From positions 1 to 42,916 of the forward strand of contig JAJYMR010000234.1 in the NCBI GenBank assembly GCA_021786815.1: 42,916 bases of DNA, in the 5' to 3' direction. The stretch comes from Deltaproteobacteria bacterium. Lineage in GTDB: Bacteria > Desulfobacterota > Binatia > Binatales > Binataceae. Of the stretch, positions 9,801 through 17,600 are shown piece after piece. A program made the translations under genes and the position numbers. Under the pieces are notes generated by a model that ran no database searches, was not told the DNA's origin, and was given only the letters and a program-made list of their open reading frames with translations. The first letter of the stretch is position 1, and each line of letters opens with the position of its first letter.

Positions 9801-10087
9801 GCTACACTCCGGTCGCCGCGGCAATCGAGGCCGCCCGGATCCGCCTGCGTCCGATCATCATGACCGCGCTTGCGATGATCCTGGGGATGCTGCCGATGGC
9901 ATTGTCGCTTGGCGCGGGTTCGGAGCAGAACGCGCCGCTCGGACGCGCGGTCATCGGAGGGCTTGTGTTCGCGACCCTGATGACGCTGTTTGTCGTGCCC
10001 GCGGTCTATTCGATCTTCGGCCGCGACGTGAGAGGCAAACGTGAACGCGACGCTGAAATCGAAGCAATCACGCTGCCCGGCGCCTGA
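6839..10087 (+). CDS. RND multidrug/hydrophobe efflux transporter (AcrB/HAE1-like)
   Basis: 1082 aa with an RND N-terminus (RRPLSVAVMALLMLVLG..NVDIFPSIDLPVV). The TM4 region reads GIALAVGMLVDDATVEVENI, and the protein shows the 12-TM layout with two periplasmic loops. Confidence 0.93.
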   Translation: MMWLVRLALRRPLSVAVMALLMLVLGALSFELMNVDIFPSIDLPVVMVVWSYPGLSAIDMERRMVIISERAYSTTVNGMEHIESESINGLGIMKIYFQPGTSIGAAIAQINAVSETILTILPRGTEPPQIISYNAANVPVAQLNIYSDTLSGAQLFDYGLNFIRVQLFTIPGFSTPAPLGGVGRNVMVNLNPAAMYANGLSPQDVGNAIAQQVVVIPSGTAKMGNYEYNIDLNMSPENVPDFNRIPIKTVNGTPVFLGDVAPVSDTHQPQTNVVRINGKLATYLMVIKHASASTLTVVDAVRARIPEILAIAPKGLKAALAFDQSKFVRAALWDVVQEAVTAAILVALMVLVFLGSPRSMLIVITSIPLSILTAFVGLKLAGQTINTMTLGGIALAVGMLVDDATVEVENIHRNHAMGKPLLVAILDGARQIATPTLVGTLAICIVFFPVVLLSGVAKFLFTPLALAVVFAMLTSYLLSRTLVTTMARYLLPETPEVAPGHSLWGRFVAGFERGFERVRERYRSALSSFIAHRAFTLTCVSLMIVVSASLVLVVGEDFFPAVDAGMMRLHVRAPTGTRIERTEWLVANIDREIRKIIPPGELEGISDNIGLPVSYDLAFYQTDSIGPQDADILIQLKPEHRPTAMYQTRIREMLRRKFPNVEGYFQAADIIGQVLNFGLPAAIDAQVSGNDLASDYAIAARLKALMARIPGITDLRIAEPLDYPAFKVDVDRAKALQLGLTETQVASSLLTSLSGNVLLQPAFWLDPKNGVNYDVISQTPQHIVDSVGSLANTPLSTPGTTTGTDAAGATGTTGATGIAGASGPSGQPQLLGNVASISHTLDPAVVEHYTVQRVIDVDAAVSGRDLGSASASVQRAINSLGKLPPGTKIVIRGQSQAMRESFRTLGFGIILAIVLVYLLMVANFQSWLEPFIIMMAIPGALAGVLWILVLTGTTINVESLMGAIMAVGVGVANGNLLITFANDLREEGYTPVAAAIEAARIRLRPIIMTALAMILGMLPMALSLGAGSEQNAPLGRAVIGGLVFATLMTLFVVPAVYSIFGRDVRGKRERDAEIEAITLPGA

Positions 10088-10110
10088 CCTCGCACGAGCA
10101 GGAGACTGAG

Positions 10111-11256
10111 ATGCAAGCAACCGACGATCCCAAGGCCTACGAACCCCGGCGTTCCGGCCTGCGCTACGTCATAGGATGGGTGTGCGCGGTGGTGCTGGCT
10201 GCGGCCGCAAGTGGCGGCCTGGTCCTGGCTCGCGAAAGCCGGCTTGCCGGGCAGAGAACGCAACTCGAGCAAAGACTTGCGCTCGGACCGCGCGTTTTGG
10301 TCACGCCCGTCAAGTATTCGCCGCGCGCGCGGGACATCAATCTGCCGGCGAACGTTCGCGGCTATATCGAGACGCCCGTTTACGCGAAGATTGCGGGCTA
10401 TCTCAAGACGATACGGGTCGACAAGGGCGACCGGGCTCGGAAAGGAGAAGTGATCGCCATCCTGGAATCGCCCGAAATCGACAAACAGGTATCAGACGCT
10501 CGCGCAAGTTACTGGCTGCAGAAGGTTACCGATGACCGCAACCAGTCCCTGGTCCGGTCCGGCGTGATTCCGCAGCAAACCGCCGACGACTCGCACGCCG
10601 CGATGCTGCAGGCGCGCGACTCGTACGAGCAGCTGCGCGCGATGCAGGCGTACGAGGTGATCCGGGCGCCCTACGACGGCTTCGTTACGGCGCGCTACGT
10701 CGATCCCGGTGCGCTCATCCCGCAGGTCACTTCGCCTTCAAGCGGCGCCACGCCGATTATCTCGATGGCGACGCTGAGACCAGTGCGCGTTTACGCCGAC
10801 GTGCCGCAGAATCTTGCGCCGTTCATAAAGGATGGCGACCCGGCGGAATTGACCGTCGCCGACTATCCGCGCCGCGTGTTCGAAGGCACCGTCACGCGCC
10901 ATCCCCATGCCCTGGTCACCGATACGCGCACGATGCTGGTCGAGGTCGATCTGCCGAACAAGGACCTGGCGCTGTACCCGGGAATGTACGGGACATTGAA
11001 GCTCAAGGTCTCGGTTCCCGAGGGCGTGCCGATGGTTCCTGACGACGCGCTGGTGTTCCGCAACGGCAAGGTGTACGTGCCCGTGGTGAGGAACGACCGC
11101 CTGTATCTCACCGAAGTGACCCTCGGATACGACAACGGACTCGAGGTCGAGATCAGAAGCGGCATCTCCGGGCACGCCATGGTCGCCATAAACGTCGGGC
11201 AGACGGCGCGTGACGGCGAGCCGGTGCGACCCGTCGTGCTGGCTGCGGAAAGATAA
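10111..11256 (+). CDS. RND efflux periplasmic adaptor (membrane fusion protein, HlyD family)
   Basis: N-terminal TM anchor, then lipoyl and beta-barrel segments (VYAKIAGYLKTIRVDKGDRARKGEVIAILESPE, VIRAPYDGFVTARYVDPGALI). AGGAGA lies upstream of the ATG. Confidence 0.88.
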   Translation: MQATDDPKAYEPRRSGLRYVIGWVCAVVLAAAASGGLVLARESRLAGQRTQLEQRLALGPRVLVTPVKYSPRARDINLPANVRGYIETPVYAKIAGYLKTIRVDKGDRARKGEVIAILESPEIDKQVSDARASYWLQKVTDDRNQSLVRSGVIPQQTADDSHAAMLQARDSYEQLRAMQAYEVIRAPYDGFVTARYVDPGALIPQVTSPSSGATPIISMATLRPVRVYADVPQNLAPFIKDGDPAELTVADYPRRVFEGTVTRHPHALVTDTRTMLVEVDLPNKDLALYPGMYGTLKLKVSVPEGVPMVPDDALVFRNGKVYVPVVRNDRLYLTEVTLGYDNGLEVEIRSGISGHAMVAINVGQTARDGEPVRPVVLAAER

Positions 11257-11609
11257 CCACGAGCACAAGCTCACGCGGGTGCAGGCAATCGCACCCGCCC
11301 CGCCTTCGCCTGGTTCATTACCAGACGCGTCCGTAACAAATGCCACGAAGCCGCAGGCAGTCAGGAAACGTGCGCGCTTTTTGATCTTTCAGGCCGTCAC
11401 CCTTTGGCATTTTATCGCATCCGTGGCAAACTACCGCCGGGTAGATAAAGCCGGTTCGCTGGTTTCGGTTCGGGGCACACTTTCCCTTGACATGGCGTAA
11501 TGAAAGCTGCTGTGTCTGAGGTGCAGCGAAGCAGCTTTCCGCGCGTTCGGGCGTCGTGTGAGCTCCGGCGCTATCGTATCCAGTTAACCCCAGGGGGTTT
11601 TAAAGGCAG

Positions 11610-12398
11610 ATGGAACTCAAAGAGGTAATCGGTCGGCGGCGGACAATCCGCTACTTTCAGCCATGGCGTCCGGTCGAGCGTGAAAAGATCCAGATCATGC
11701 TCGAGGCCGCCCGTCGCGCGTCCTGCGCGGTCAACGCCACTTTTCTGAAGGCTATCGTCGTCGATCGCAATACGCTCGACCAGGCGACAGTTGACGCGAT
11801 GAAGACCCCGGTGTCCGCGCTCAATATCGAGCTCGCCCCGGTTCATATCTACACCTACGTCGATTTCGGCGCGTATGTCGGCGCGCAGGGCCGGCTGAAG
11901 AAGCTGGTCGACGTGGGCGCGCTCAACGCGACGCACGGATGGAGCCACAAGTTCGTTGACGAATTCGTATGGCCCAACATCCTGAAGCCGCTTGCCGAAA
12001 ATCCGAGCCAGGCTTCGGTTGCCGCTTCTGCGGCTTCGGACGCCGGAATCGCGATTTGCCAGGCGATGCTTGCGGGGGTCGACGAAGGGCTCGGCGTTTG
12101 TCTCTCGGCGTTCGTGCACGACGCGATCAAGAAAGTGATCAATCCGCCGGAGCACTGGATGCCGCTGTGGGCTCTGCTGGTCGGATATCCGGCCGAGTCG
12201 TGGGAAGGCGGCGGTCAGCGTCCGCGCCCGCCGATGGAAGAGCAGTTCTTCGAGGGCAAATACGGCAACGGCTTCAAGCCCGATCCGAAGATCACCGAAA
12301 AAATGGTCGAAGCGAAGATGATTCAGGCTGCCGCACCGCTTCCGTGGCGCAAGGACGAGATCAAGGCGCTCGCCCGGATGTTCGGCCTTCCTGAGTGA
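11610..12398 (+). CDS. Nitroreductase-superfamily protein with long C-terminal tail (paralog 2 of 2)
   Basis: Nearly colinear with 113..919. The first ~125 residues are mostly identical, and the PLPWRKDEIKALARMFGLPE tail is the same. Confidence 0.85.
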   Translation: MELKEVIGRRRTIRYFQPWRPVEREKIQIMLEAARRASCAVNATFLKAIVVDRNTLDQATVDAMKTPVSALNIELAPVHIYTYVDFGAYVGAQGRLKKLVDVGALNATHGWSHKFVDEFVWPNILKPLAENPSQASVAASAASDAGIAICQAMLAGVDEGLGVCLSAFVHDAIKKVINPPEHWMPLWALLVGYPAESWEGGGQRPRPPMEEQFFEGKYGNGFKPDPKITEKMVEAKMIQAAAPLPWRKDEIKALARMFGLPE

Positions 12399-12412
12399 GC
12401 GAAATCAATCCC

Positions 12413-12452
12413 TTCGAGGCGGCGGCTTCAACCGCCGCCTCGAAATTTGTTT
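12413..12452 (+). terminator. Rho-independent terminator
   Basis: TTCGAGGCGGCGG-CTTCAA-CCGCCGCCTCGAA forms a perfect 13-bp stem followed by ATTTGTTT, 15 nt after the stop of 11610..12398. Confidence 0.8.
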
Positions 12453-12470
12453 ACCCTCCGCAGTTTATCT

Positions 12471-12833
12471 ATGGCGAAACCTGACAAACCGCTCGAAAGT
12501 TACGCGTCAGTCCAGACCTGGTTCAAAAGCCTGCAAGAGCAGTCCGGCATCGATAACCCGGCCGCCGATCCTTCCCGTCTGCAAATCCTCGGGCAGTTCT
12601 GCGAATATGCCGAACTCGATCCCGACGAGGCGGTTGCGGCGTGCCTTCTCATCAAGGAAGGCCGCGATACCAAGATCAGCATCAAGGGCCGTCGCCGGAT
12701 GGTCGATCTAATCGCCGACTTTCAGGCAAGTGGCGAAGTCTCAGATTCACGGGAGCGCGCGAAGCGCGGCAACACCGTGCGCAGCTTTCTCATCCACAAC
12801 GGCATCCTTCTGCAATCCGGTATGCAGGTATGA
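12471..12833 (+). CDS. Hypothetical protein (120 aa)
   Basis: ORF with protein-like composition. I trimmed the start to ATG 12471 because the track's TTG start at 12447 lies inside the terminator T-tract. No family was recognised. Confidence 0.5.
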   Translation: MAKPDKPLESYASVQTWFKSLQEQSGIDNPAADPSRLQILGQFCEYAELDPDEAVAACLLIKEGRDTKISIKGRRRMVDLIADFQASGEVSDSRERAKRGNTVRSFLIHNGILLQSGMQV

Positions 12834-13029
12834 CCCTGTCTCACCGGCATCGCATTACCGGCCCGCGAATGGCTCGATGGGAGCCGCAGTGATGCTTTTC
12901 GATACAAAGCGTACCTCGTCCGCTGAGCTCACCGCAGCCCTCGGAAAAAATCTCACGGGGGATTCCAATTGCTGCAGGGCCGGGACGGACGGCACGTTCC
13001 GAAGCGCGGAATCGCTTTGAACTGACGCG

Positions 13030-13045
13030 TGGCATGTCTGATGCT
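13030..13045 (+). promoter_or_regulatory. Candidate sigma54 (-24/-12) promoter upstream of fixC
   Basis: TGGCATGTCTGATGCT has GG and GC separated by exactly 10 nt, as in the TGGCAC-N5-TTGC consensus. It ends 60 nt upstream of the fixC ATG. Confidence 0.45.
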
Positions 13046-13105
13046 GACGCAGTGCGCGGGGCGCAGATGAAACAGCAGGCTCCAGTAACTGCGGGAAAGA
13101 ATTGA

Positions 13106-14431
13106 ATGGCGGAGCGATTTGACGTCGCAATTGTGGGGGCCGGTCCGGGCGCCTCGATAGCAGCTTATGTGCTCGCCAAGGCGGGCTTGGAAGTGGTCGT
13201 TTTCGAACGCGGCGATTATCCGGGTTCGAAGGCGATGTTCGGCGGCGTGCTCTACACGACCGTGCTGAGCCGGTTCTTCCCCGATTTCATGGAGGCCGGA
13301 TGCGTTGAGCGTTACGTGGTCGAGAAGCGGTTCTCGATGTTGTCGAAGGCTGACGAACTATCGCTCTCCTTCAAGTTCCTGAGCTTCGAGCCGCCCTACT
13401 ACAACCATTCCTTTACCGCTCTTCGCGCAATTTTCGATCGATATCTCGCGGCCAAGGCCGAGGAAGCCGGCGCCGTCATCATCACCCAGACCGTCGTGGA
13501 CGAAGCGATAATGCGCGACGGGCGGGTCACCGGCGTGCGCGTCAGGCGCGAGGGCGGCGAAGTCAACGCGAACGTGGTAATAGCCGCCGACGGAGCAAAC
13601 TCGCTAATCGCGCAATCGGCCGGGATGCGCGGAGAGCTTCCGCTTTCCGTGATTCTCGGCGTCAAGGAAGTGGTTTCGCTTCCGCGCTCCGTGATCGAGG
13701 ATCGTTTCTCGCTCGAGGGCGACGAAGGCGCCGCTTACGAATATCTCGGCGGAGGCGCGGTGCGCGGAACGATGGGTGCGGGCTTCCTCTACACCAACCG
13801 CGATTCCATCTCGGTCGGCTTCGGTATCCCGCTCAGCGCGCTCGAACGCCTCGGCGTTCATCCCGACGTGCTGCTCAACGAATTCAAAATGCATCCGGTG
13901 ATTCGGCGGCTTCTGCGCGGCACGACTCCGGTCGAATACTGCGCGCATCTTATTCCCGAGATGACGCCGCAGAATCTGCCCCGCTTCGTCGGCGACGGAA
14001 TCCTGGTAATCGGCGGTGCCGCGGGGATGGTCAACGCCAATCCGATGTTCCACGAAGGCACCAACATGGCGATGGCGTCGGGAGTGCTCGCCGCCGAGAC
14101 TATCATCCAGGCGCACAAGGCAGGAGATTTCTCGGCCAAGGCGCTTTCGCCCTACGTAACGCGCCTCAAGCAAAGTTTCGTCTGGCAGGACTACGAGCGC
14201 TATCAGCGCCTGACCCGCTTCGCCGACACCCATCCGCAGTTCTTCGGCAAGTATCCGTACGCGATGGCGGAGATGGCGAAAAAGCTCTTCTCCGTCGTTC
14301 CGGATAACGACGGCCTGCAGGTACCCAAGCGCAAGCTGGAACTGGCCGTCGCCGATTATATGCTCGCGGAAATGGGGCTGCTCAGTTTTGGAATGGATTT
14401 GATGGACGCCGCAAAGGCGGCGATGCTGTGA
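13106..14431 (+). CDS. fixC: FixC-type FAD-dependent oxidoreductase (ETF-quinone oxidoreductase-like)
   Basis: FDVAIVGAGPGASIAAYVLAKAGLEVVVFERGDYPGSK is a GxGxxG FAD fold with a FixC-like continuation. The gene is immediately followed by a fixX-type ferredoxin. Confidence 0.86.
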   Translation: MAERFDVAIVGAGPGASIAAYVLAKAGLEVVVFERGDYPGSKAMFGGVLYTTVLSRFFPDFMEAGCVERYVVEKRFSMLSKADELSLSFKFLSFEPPYYNHSFTALRAIFDRYLAAKAEEAGAVIITQTVVDEAIMRDGRVTGVRVRREGGEVNANVVIAADGANSLIAQSAGMRGELPLSVILGVKEVVSLPRSVIEDRFSLEGDEGAAYEYLGGGAVRGTMGAGFLYTNRDSISVGFGIPLSALERLGVHPDVLLNEFKMHPVIRRLLRGTTPVEYCAHLIPEMTPQNLPRFVGDGILVIGGAAGMVNANPMFHEGTNMAMASGVLAAETIIQAHKAGDFSAKALSPYVTRLKQSFVWQDYERYQRLTRFADTHPQFFGKYPYAMAEMAKKLFSVVPDNDGLQVPKRKLELAVADYMLAEMGLLSFGMDLMDAAKAAML

Positions 14432-14444
14432 GCGGGGGTGCGCG

Positions 14445-14801
14445 ATGAAGGCGAGCGAACACGGTCACGGCGAGGCCTCGGAGCGAATCGACGTTGCGGA
14501 ATTTCTCGGGCCGCCGAAGCTTCTCGGCCGGGATGACAAACTCGCGACGCTTGCGATAAAGGTCAACGAGGGAAATCCGCACTTAAAGATTATCGATCAG
14601 AAAGTATGTGTGGCCTGTACCGAAAAGCCCTGCACCGTGACATGCCCGGTCCAGAACTACAAGGTCCAGGACAACGGCCACACCACTATCGAATGGGCGA
14701 GCTGCATCGAATGCGGCACCTGCCGGGTCATCTGCCCGTTCCATAACATTTCCTGGGTTTACCCGACGGGCGGGTTTGGCGTCAGGTATCGCTGCGGCTG
14801 A
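14445..14801 (+). CDS. fixX: FixX-type ferredoxin-like protein
   Basis: CVACTEKPCTVTCP...CIECGTCRVICPFHNISWVYPTGGFGVRYRCG shows the FixX cysteine pattern and characteristic C-terminal tail. Confidence 0.85.
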   Translation: MKASEHGHGEASERIDVAEFLGPPKLLGRDDKLATLAIKVNEGNPHLKIIDQKVCVACTEKPCTVTCPVQNYKVQDNGHTTIEWASCIECGTCRVICPFHNISWVYPTGGFGVRYRCG

Positions 14802-14818
14802 GAAACGAGGGAAAGACG

Positions 14819-15100
14819 ATGAGAATCAGGTCACGCGCCGGTAACTTCAACATGACTATCGAGGACGTCACGGTCGAAAACGGCGAGCTCGTCATGACCG
14901 GAAAGATGGGCGTGTGGTCGGCAAAGACGATGCTCAACGTTGACGAGCTCAAGCAGATGCTCGCAACGATGAAGGTCAGCGCCAGGGTGCTCGATTTCGC
15001 CGCTCTGTTCGCCTTTCGCTACCTGACCAGCCTCGTCGAAGAGGATCGCGCCCGCCATCTGGCTGCCGAAGCCGCGCCGCTGCCCGAACAGAAAATATAA
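14819..15100 (+). CDS. Hypothetical small protein (93 aa)
   Basis: ORF with GAGGGA upstream, tightly spaced between fixX and the next gene. No family was recognised. Confidence 0.5.
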   Translation: MRIRSRAGNFNMTIEDVTVENGELVMTGKMGVWSAKTMLNVDELKQMLATMKVSARVLDFAALFAFRYLTSLVEEDRARHLAAEAAPLPEQKI

Positions 15101-15132
15101 AGCCGGGAAGAGCCCGACGGAGGTGAATAATA

Positions 15133-16488
15133 ATGGCTGATGATATCAAGCTTTCGGAGCTCGAACAGGTCGATGAGGCCTGGAACTTCCCGCTCTTCGA
15201 GGCGATCTTCAAGCGCCGTTCGCGCCGCTTCGGTTTGGGCATGGAGATCCAGGAAGGGCCGAACAAGTTCAAATCGTCTCATGACCCCGTGCCCCTCGAC
15301 GAAGTCGAAGAGGCGATGCTGATTGCGGCGGGCACCGGCGTTACCGGGCTCAACCTGTCGGATATGCCGCATACGCCGCGACCCGACAACCTCGACTCCG
15401 TCCAGAACTGGGACGGGATGTGCAACACGATGGTCGAGCACGTCGGGCGGACTTGGGCGAGCCCGTGCGGCAATCACGGCACCGAACTTTTCTACACCAA
15501 CGACGAAGGCGTGTACCTGATGAAACTGCGCGAGGTACAGCCGGTCAAGCTCTGCGACGTCGAGACCAAGAGCGACCGCGATAAGCTGGTGGACTTCGTG
15601 CGCGCCAACCGCGTCAAGCTCTTCGACGGGCGCCTCGACATCCCGCGCAACACCGGCGCCATCATGTCCTTCAACATGTATAACGCCAACATGCCGGGCA
15701 GCACCCTCTTCATGCCCATCTCGGACGTCACCGAGGAGTTCATTAACGCGATCATGCTGCAGGCCGACCTCGGACAGTACCTGGTCGACGACCGCAACGG
15801 CATGAAGCCCTGCGTCAGCGAGCGATGGATTCGCGAGGGATGGGTCAACACTCCGGTTCCGCTCACGATGTTCGAGACCAACCTGTCGTTGGCGATAACC
15901 GGCGCCGAAAGCGCGTTCATCGGCCATAACATCATGCTCGCGCTCCAGGCGATGGGGCTCGGCGGATGGCTCTACGGCGGGATGACGAGCTTCGTCGTGA
16001 TGGGGGGCACGCCGATGGCGCAGGGACTCGGGTTCCGTTTCGAATCGAATCCCAAGGACCCGAACGCGTTCCCGATGCCGATCGGAATCGACGGCGCTTT
16101 CGAGAGCTTCCGGCCCCCGTATTACAAGGACATGGACGCCGCGGTCGACGCGGTCGTCGCGAAGAAGTTCGGTCCCAACGGCACTTTCAATCCGTTCTCC
16201 AAGAAGCCCACGCCGTACAAGAACCGCGCCGACTTCCTGTCCCATGTGCCGCGCACGCCCGAGCAAACGATTCAGATCTGCAAGGAAAGCTGCCGCTATA
16301 TATGGGACACCTTTGGGACATTCCCTTCGCTGGTCCCCGCGATGCAGCTTTATGTCTATATCCAGGCCCAGCACATCGAGCTTGACTTCTACGACAAGTA
16401 TTACGACGGGCCCGCGTATCTGAAGACTCACAAGCAGCACATGGATAAATGGCATAAGGCCAAGGGCGCGATGAAAAAGGTCGCCTGA
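15133..16488 (+). CDS. Long (451 aa) SagB/ThcOx-like nitroreductase-superfamily protein, paralog A
   Basis: GGAGGTG SD upstream. The motifs are FKRRSRRFG near the N-terminus, SPCGNHGTELFYTNDEGVYLM (compare SagB PSaG..lY...GlY.Y), and HNIMLALQAMGLGGW (compare nitroreductase QN..LAA.alGLG). It shares private motifs with 18610..19995. The 478-aa antisense ORF has junk composition. Confidence 0.72.
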   Translation: MADDIKLSELEQVDEAWNFPLFEAIFKRRSRRFGLGMEIQEGPNKFKSSHDPVPLDEVEEAMLIAAGTGVTGLNLSDMPHTPRPDNLDSVQNWDGMCNTMVEHVGRTWASPCGNHGTELFYTNDEGVYLMKLREVQPVKLCDVETKSDRDKLVDFVRANRVKLFDGRLDIPRNTGAIMSFNMYNANMPGSTLFMPISDVTEEFINAIMLQADLGQYLVDDRNGMKPCVSERWIREGWVNTPVPLTMFETNLSLAITGAESAFIGHNIMLALQAMGLGGWLYGGMTSFVVMGGTPMAQGLGFRFESNPKDPNAFPMPIGIDGAFESFRPPYYKDMDAAVDAVVAKKFGPNGTFNPFSKKPTPYKNRADFLSHVPRTPEQTIQICKESCRYIWDTFGTFPSLVPAMQLYVYIQAQHIELDFYDKYYDGPAYLKTHKQHMDKWHKAKGAMKKVA

Positions 16489-16628
16489 CCGAGAAAATCA
16501 ACCGGAGGCGTGCGGCTCGCATACGCGGGCCGCGTGCGTCCCAAACCGGACCGCCGCGGCTTAGTCTTGTTGCGCGGGGCCCGAACAACCTGGGGTCGTC
16601 TCGATGACCCGCAGAGAGAGCGCTCGTT

Positions 16629-17600
16629 ATGCGCATCCTTGAAGAAGGCAAAGGCGAATATCTAAAGGTCGATCCCGACAGTTATCGGGCATATGTGCGG
16701 GATCACAAGCCGCACGAGATGGTTTCCAAGCTGATGTCCGAGAAGGAGGCGGTCGAGAAGCTCGTCCACGACGGCGACTACTTCGCGTACGACTGCAACT
16801 ACTTCCAGCGCGGACCGGCCTCGCTGATTCGCGAGATAATCCGCCAACGCAAGAAGAACCTGTGGCTGTGCGGAAAGTTCACCTACGTCGCGTGTGCGAT
16901 GCTGGTCGAGGCGGGATGCGCTGACCGTATCGACATCGGCTTCATCGGCTTCGGTCCCTGGATCGCCCGAGCGGTGCGCGAGAACCGCTGCAAGATCTAC
17001 GAGTACTCCAACGCGATCATGACGCTTCGGCTCAAGGCGGGCGCCATGGGGTTGCCGTTTCTGCCGGCGCGCAGCTTCGGCGGGACCGACGGATTCCCGC
17101 ACTCAGGCTGCAAGATAGTCGAGGATCCCTACAGCAAACAGCCGGTTCTGCTCGCTCCCGCACTCAATCCCGACGTCGCCATCATCCATGTCCATCAGGC
17201 CGACGAGTACGGCAACGCGCGCGTCTTCGGCACCGGTATCACGCATCAGGAATGCGCGCTTGCTTCGAAGCGCGTGATCGTTTCGGCCGAGGAAATCGTC
17301 TCGACCGACGAGATCCGGCGCGATCCCGGCCGCACCTCGATACCGCATTTCGCGGTTGACGCGGTGGTCCACGCTCCTTTCGGCGCCTATCCGGGAACGG
17401 TGCAGGGCTACTACGCATCGGATCCCGAGGGCGTGGTCGAAGCGATGGGCGCGATGTTCCGCGGCGATTTCAAGGCTTATCTTGAGAAACACGTCTACTC
17501 GGTGAACTCTCACGAGGAATATCTCGCCAAGGTGGTCGGCACGAAGAAGATGGCCGAGATTCGCCGCCGCGAAACGATCAAGGAGGGCTACGGCGCATGA
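16629..17600 (+). CDS. Family I CoA-transferase subunit A (glutaconate CoA-transferase GctA-like)
   Basis: The size (323 aa) and sequence (MSEKEAVEKLVHDGDYFAY, LWLCGKF, YEYSNAIMTLRLKAGAMGLPFLP) are typical of GctA-type alpha subunits. It overlaps the B subunit by ATGA. Confidence 0.82.
   Translation: MRILEEGKGEYLKVDPDSYRAYVRDHKPHEMVSKLMSEKEAVEKLVHDGDYFAYDCNYFQRGPASLIREIIRQRKKNLWLCGKFTYVACAMLVEAGCADRIDIGFIGFGPWIARAVRENRCKIYEYSNAIMTLRLKAGAMGLPFLPARSFGGTDGFPHSGCKIVEDPYSKQPVLLAPALNPDVAIIHVHQADEYGNARVFGTGITHQECALASKRVIVSAEEIVSTDEIRRDPGRTSIPHFAVDAVVHAPFGAYPGTVQGYYASDPEGVVEAMGAMFRGDFKAYLEKHVYSVNSHEEYLAKVVGTKKMAEIRRRETIKEGYGA

Noticed and set aside
113-12398. The inverted nitroreductase-like copies could be the ends of a composite transposon or a recent inverted duplication.
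   Set aside because: The copies are diverged at many synonymous sites and only the CDSs are similar. There is no transposase or integrase, and the interior holds housekeeping genes such as prs.
12471-12833. Remnant of a tyrosine-recombinase N-terminal (SAM-like) domain, which would imply a degraded integrase.
   Set aside because: I have only a vague resemblance (..VRSFLIHNGI..). No catalytic-domain remnant appears in any frame downstream, and there are no att-like repeats or a tRNA nearby.
12834-13029. NifA-type UAS (TGT-N10-ACA) upstream of the fixC sigma54 promoter.
   Set aside because: The only TGT, at 12836, is not followed by ACA at the required spacing.
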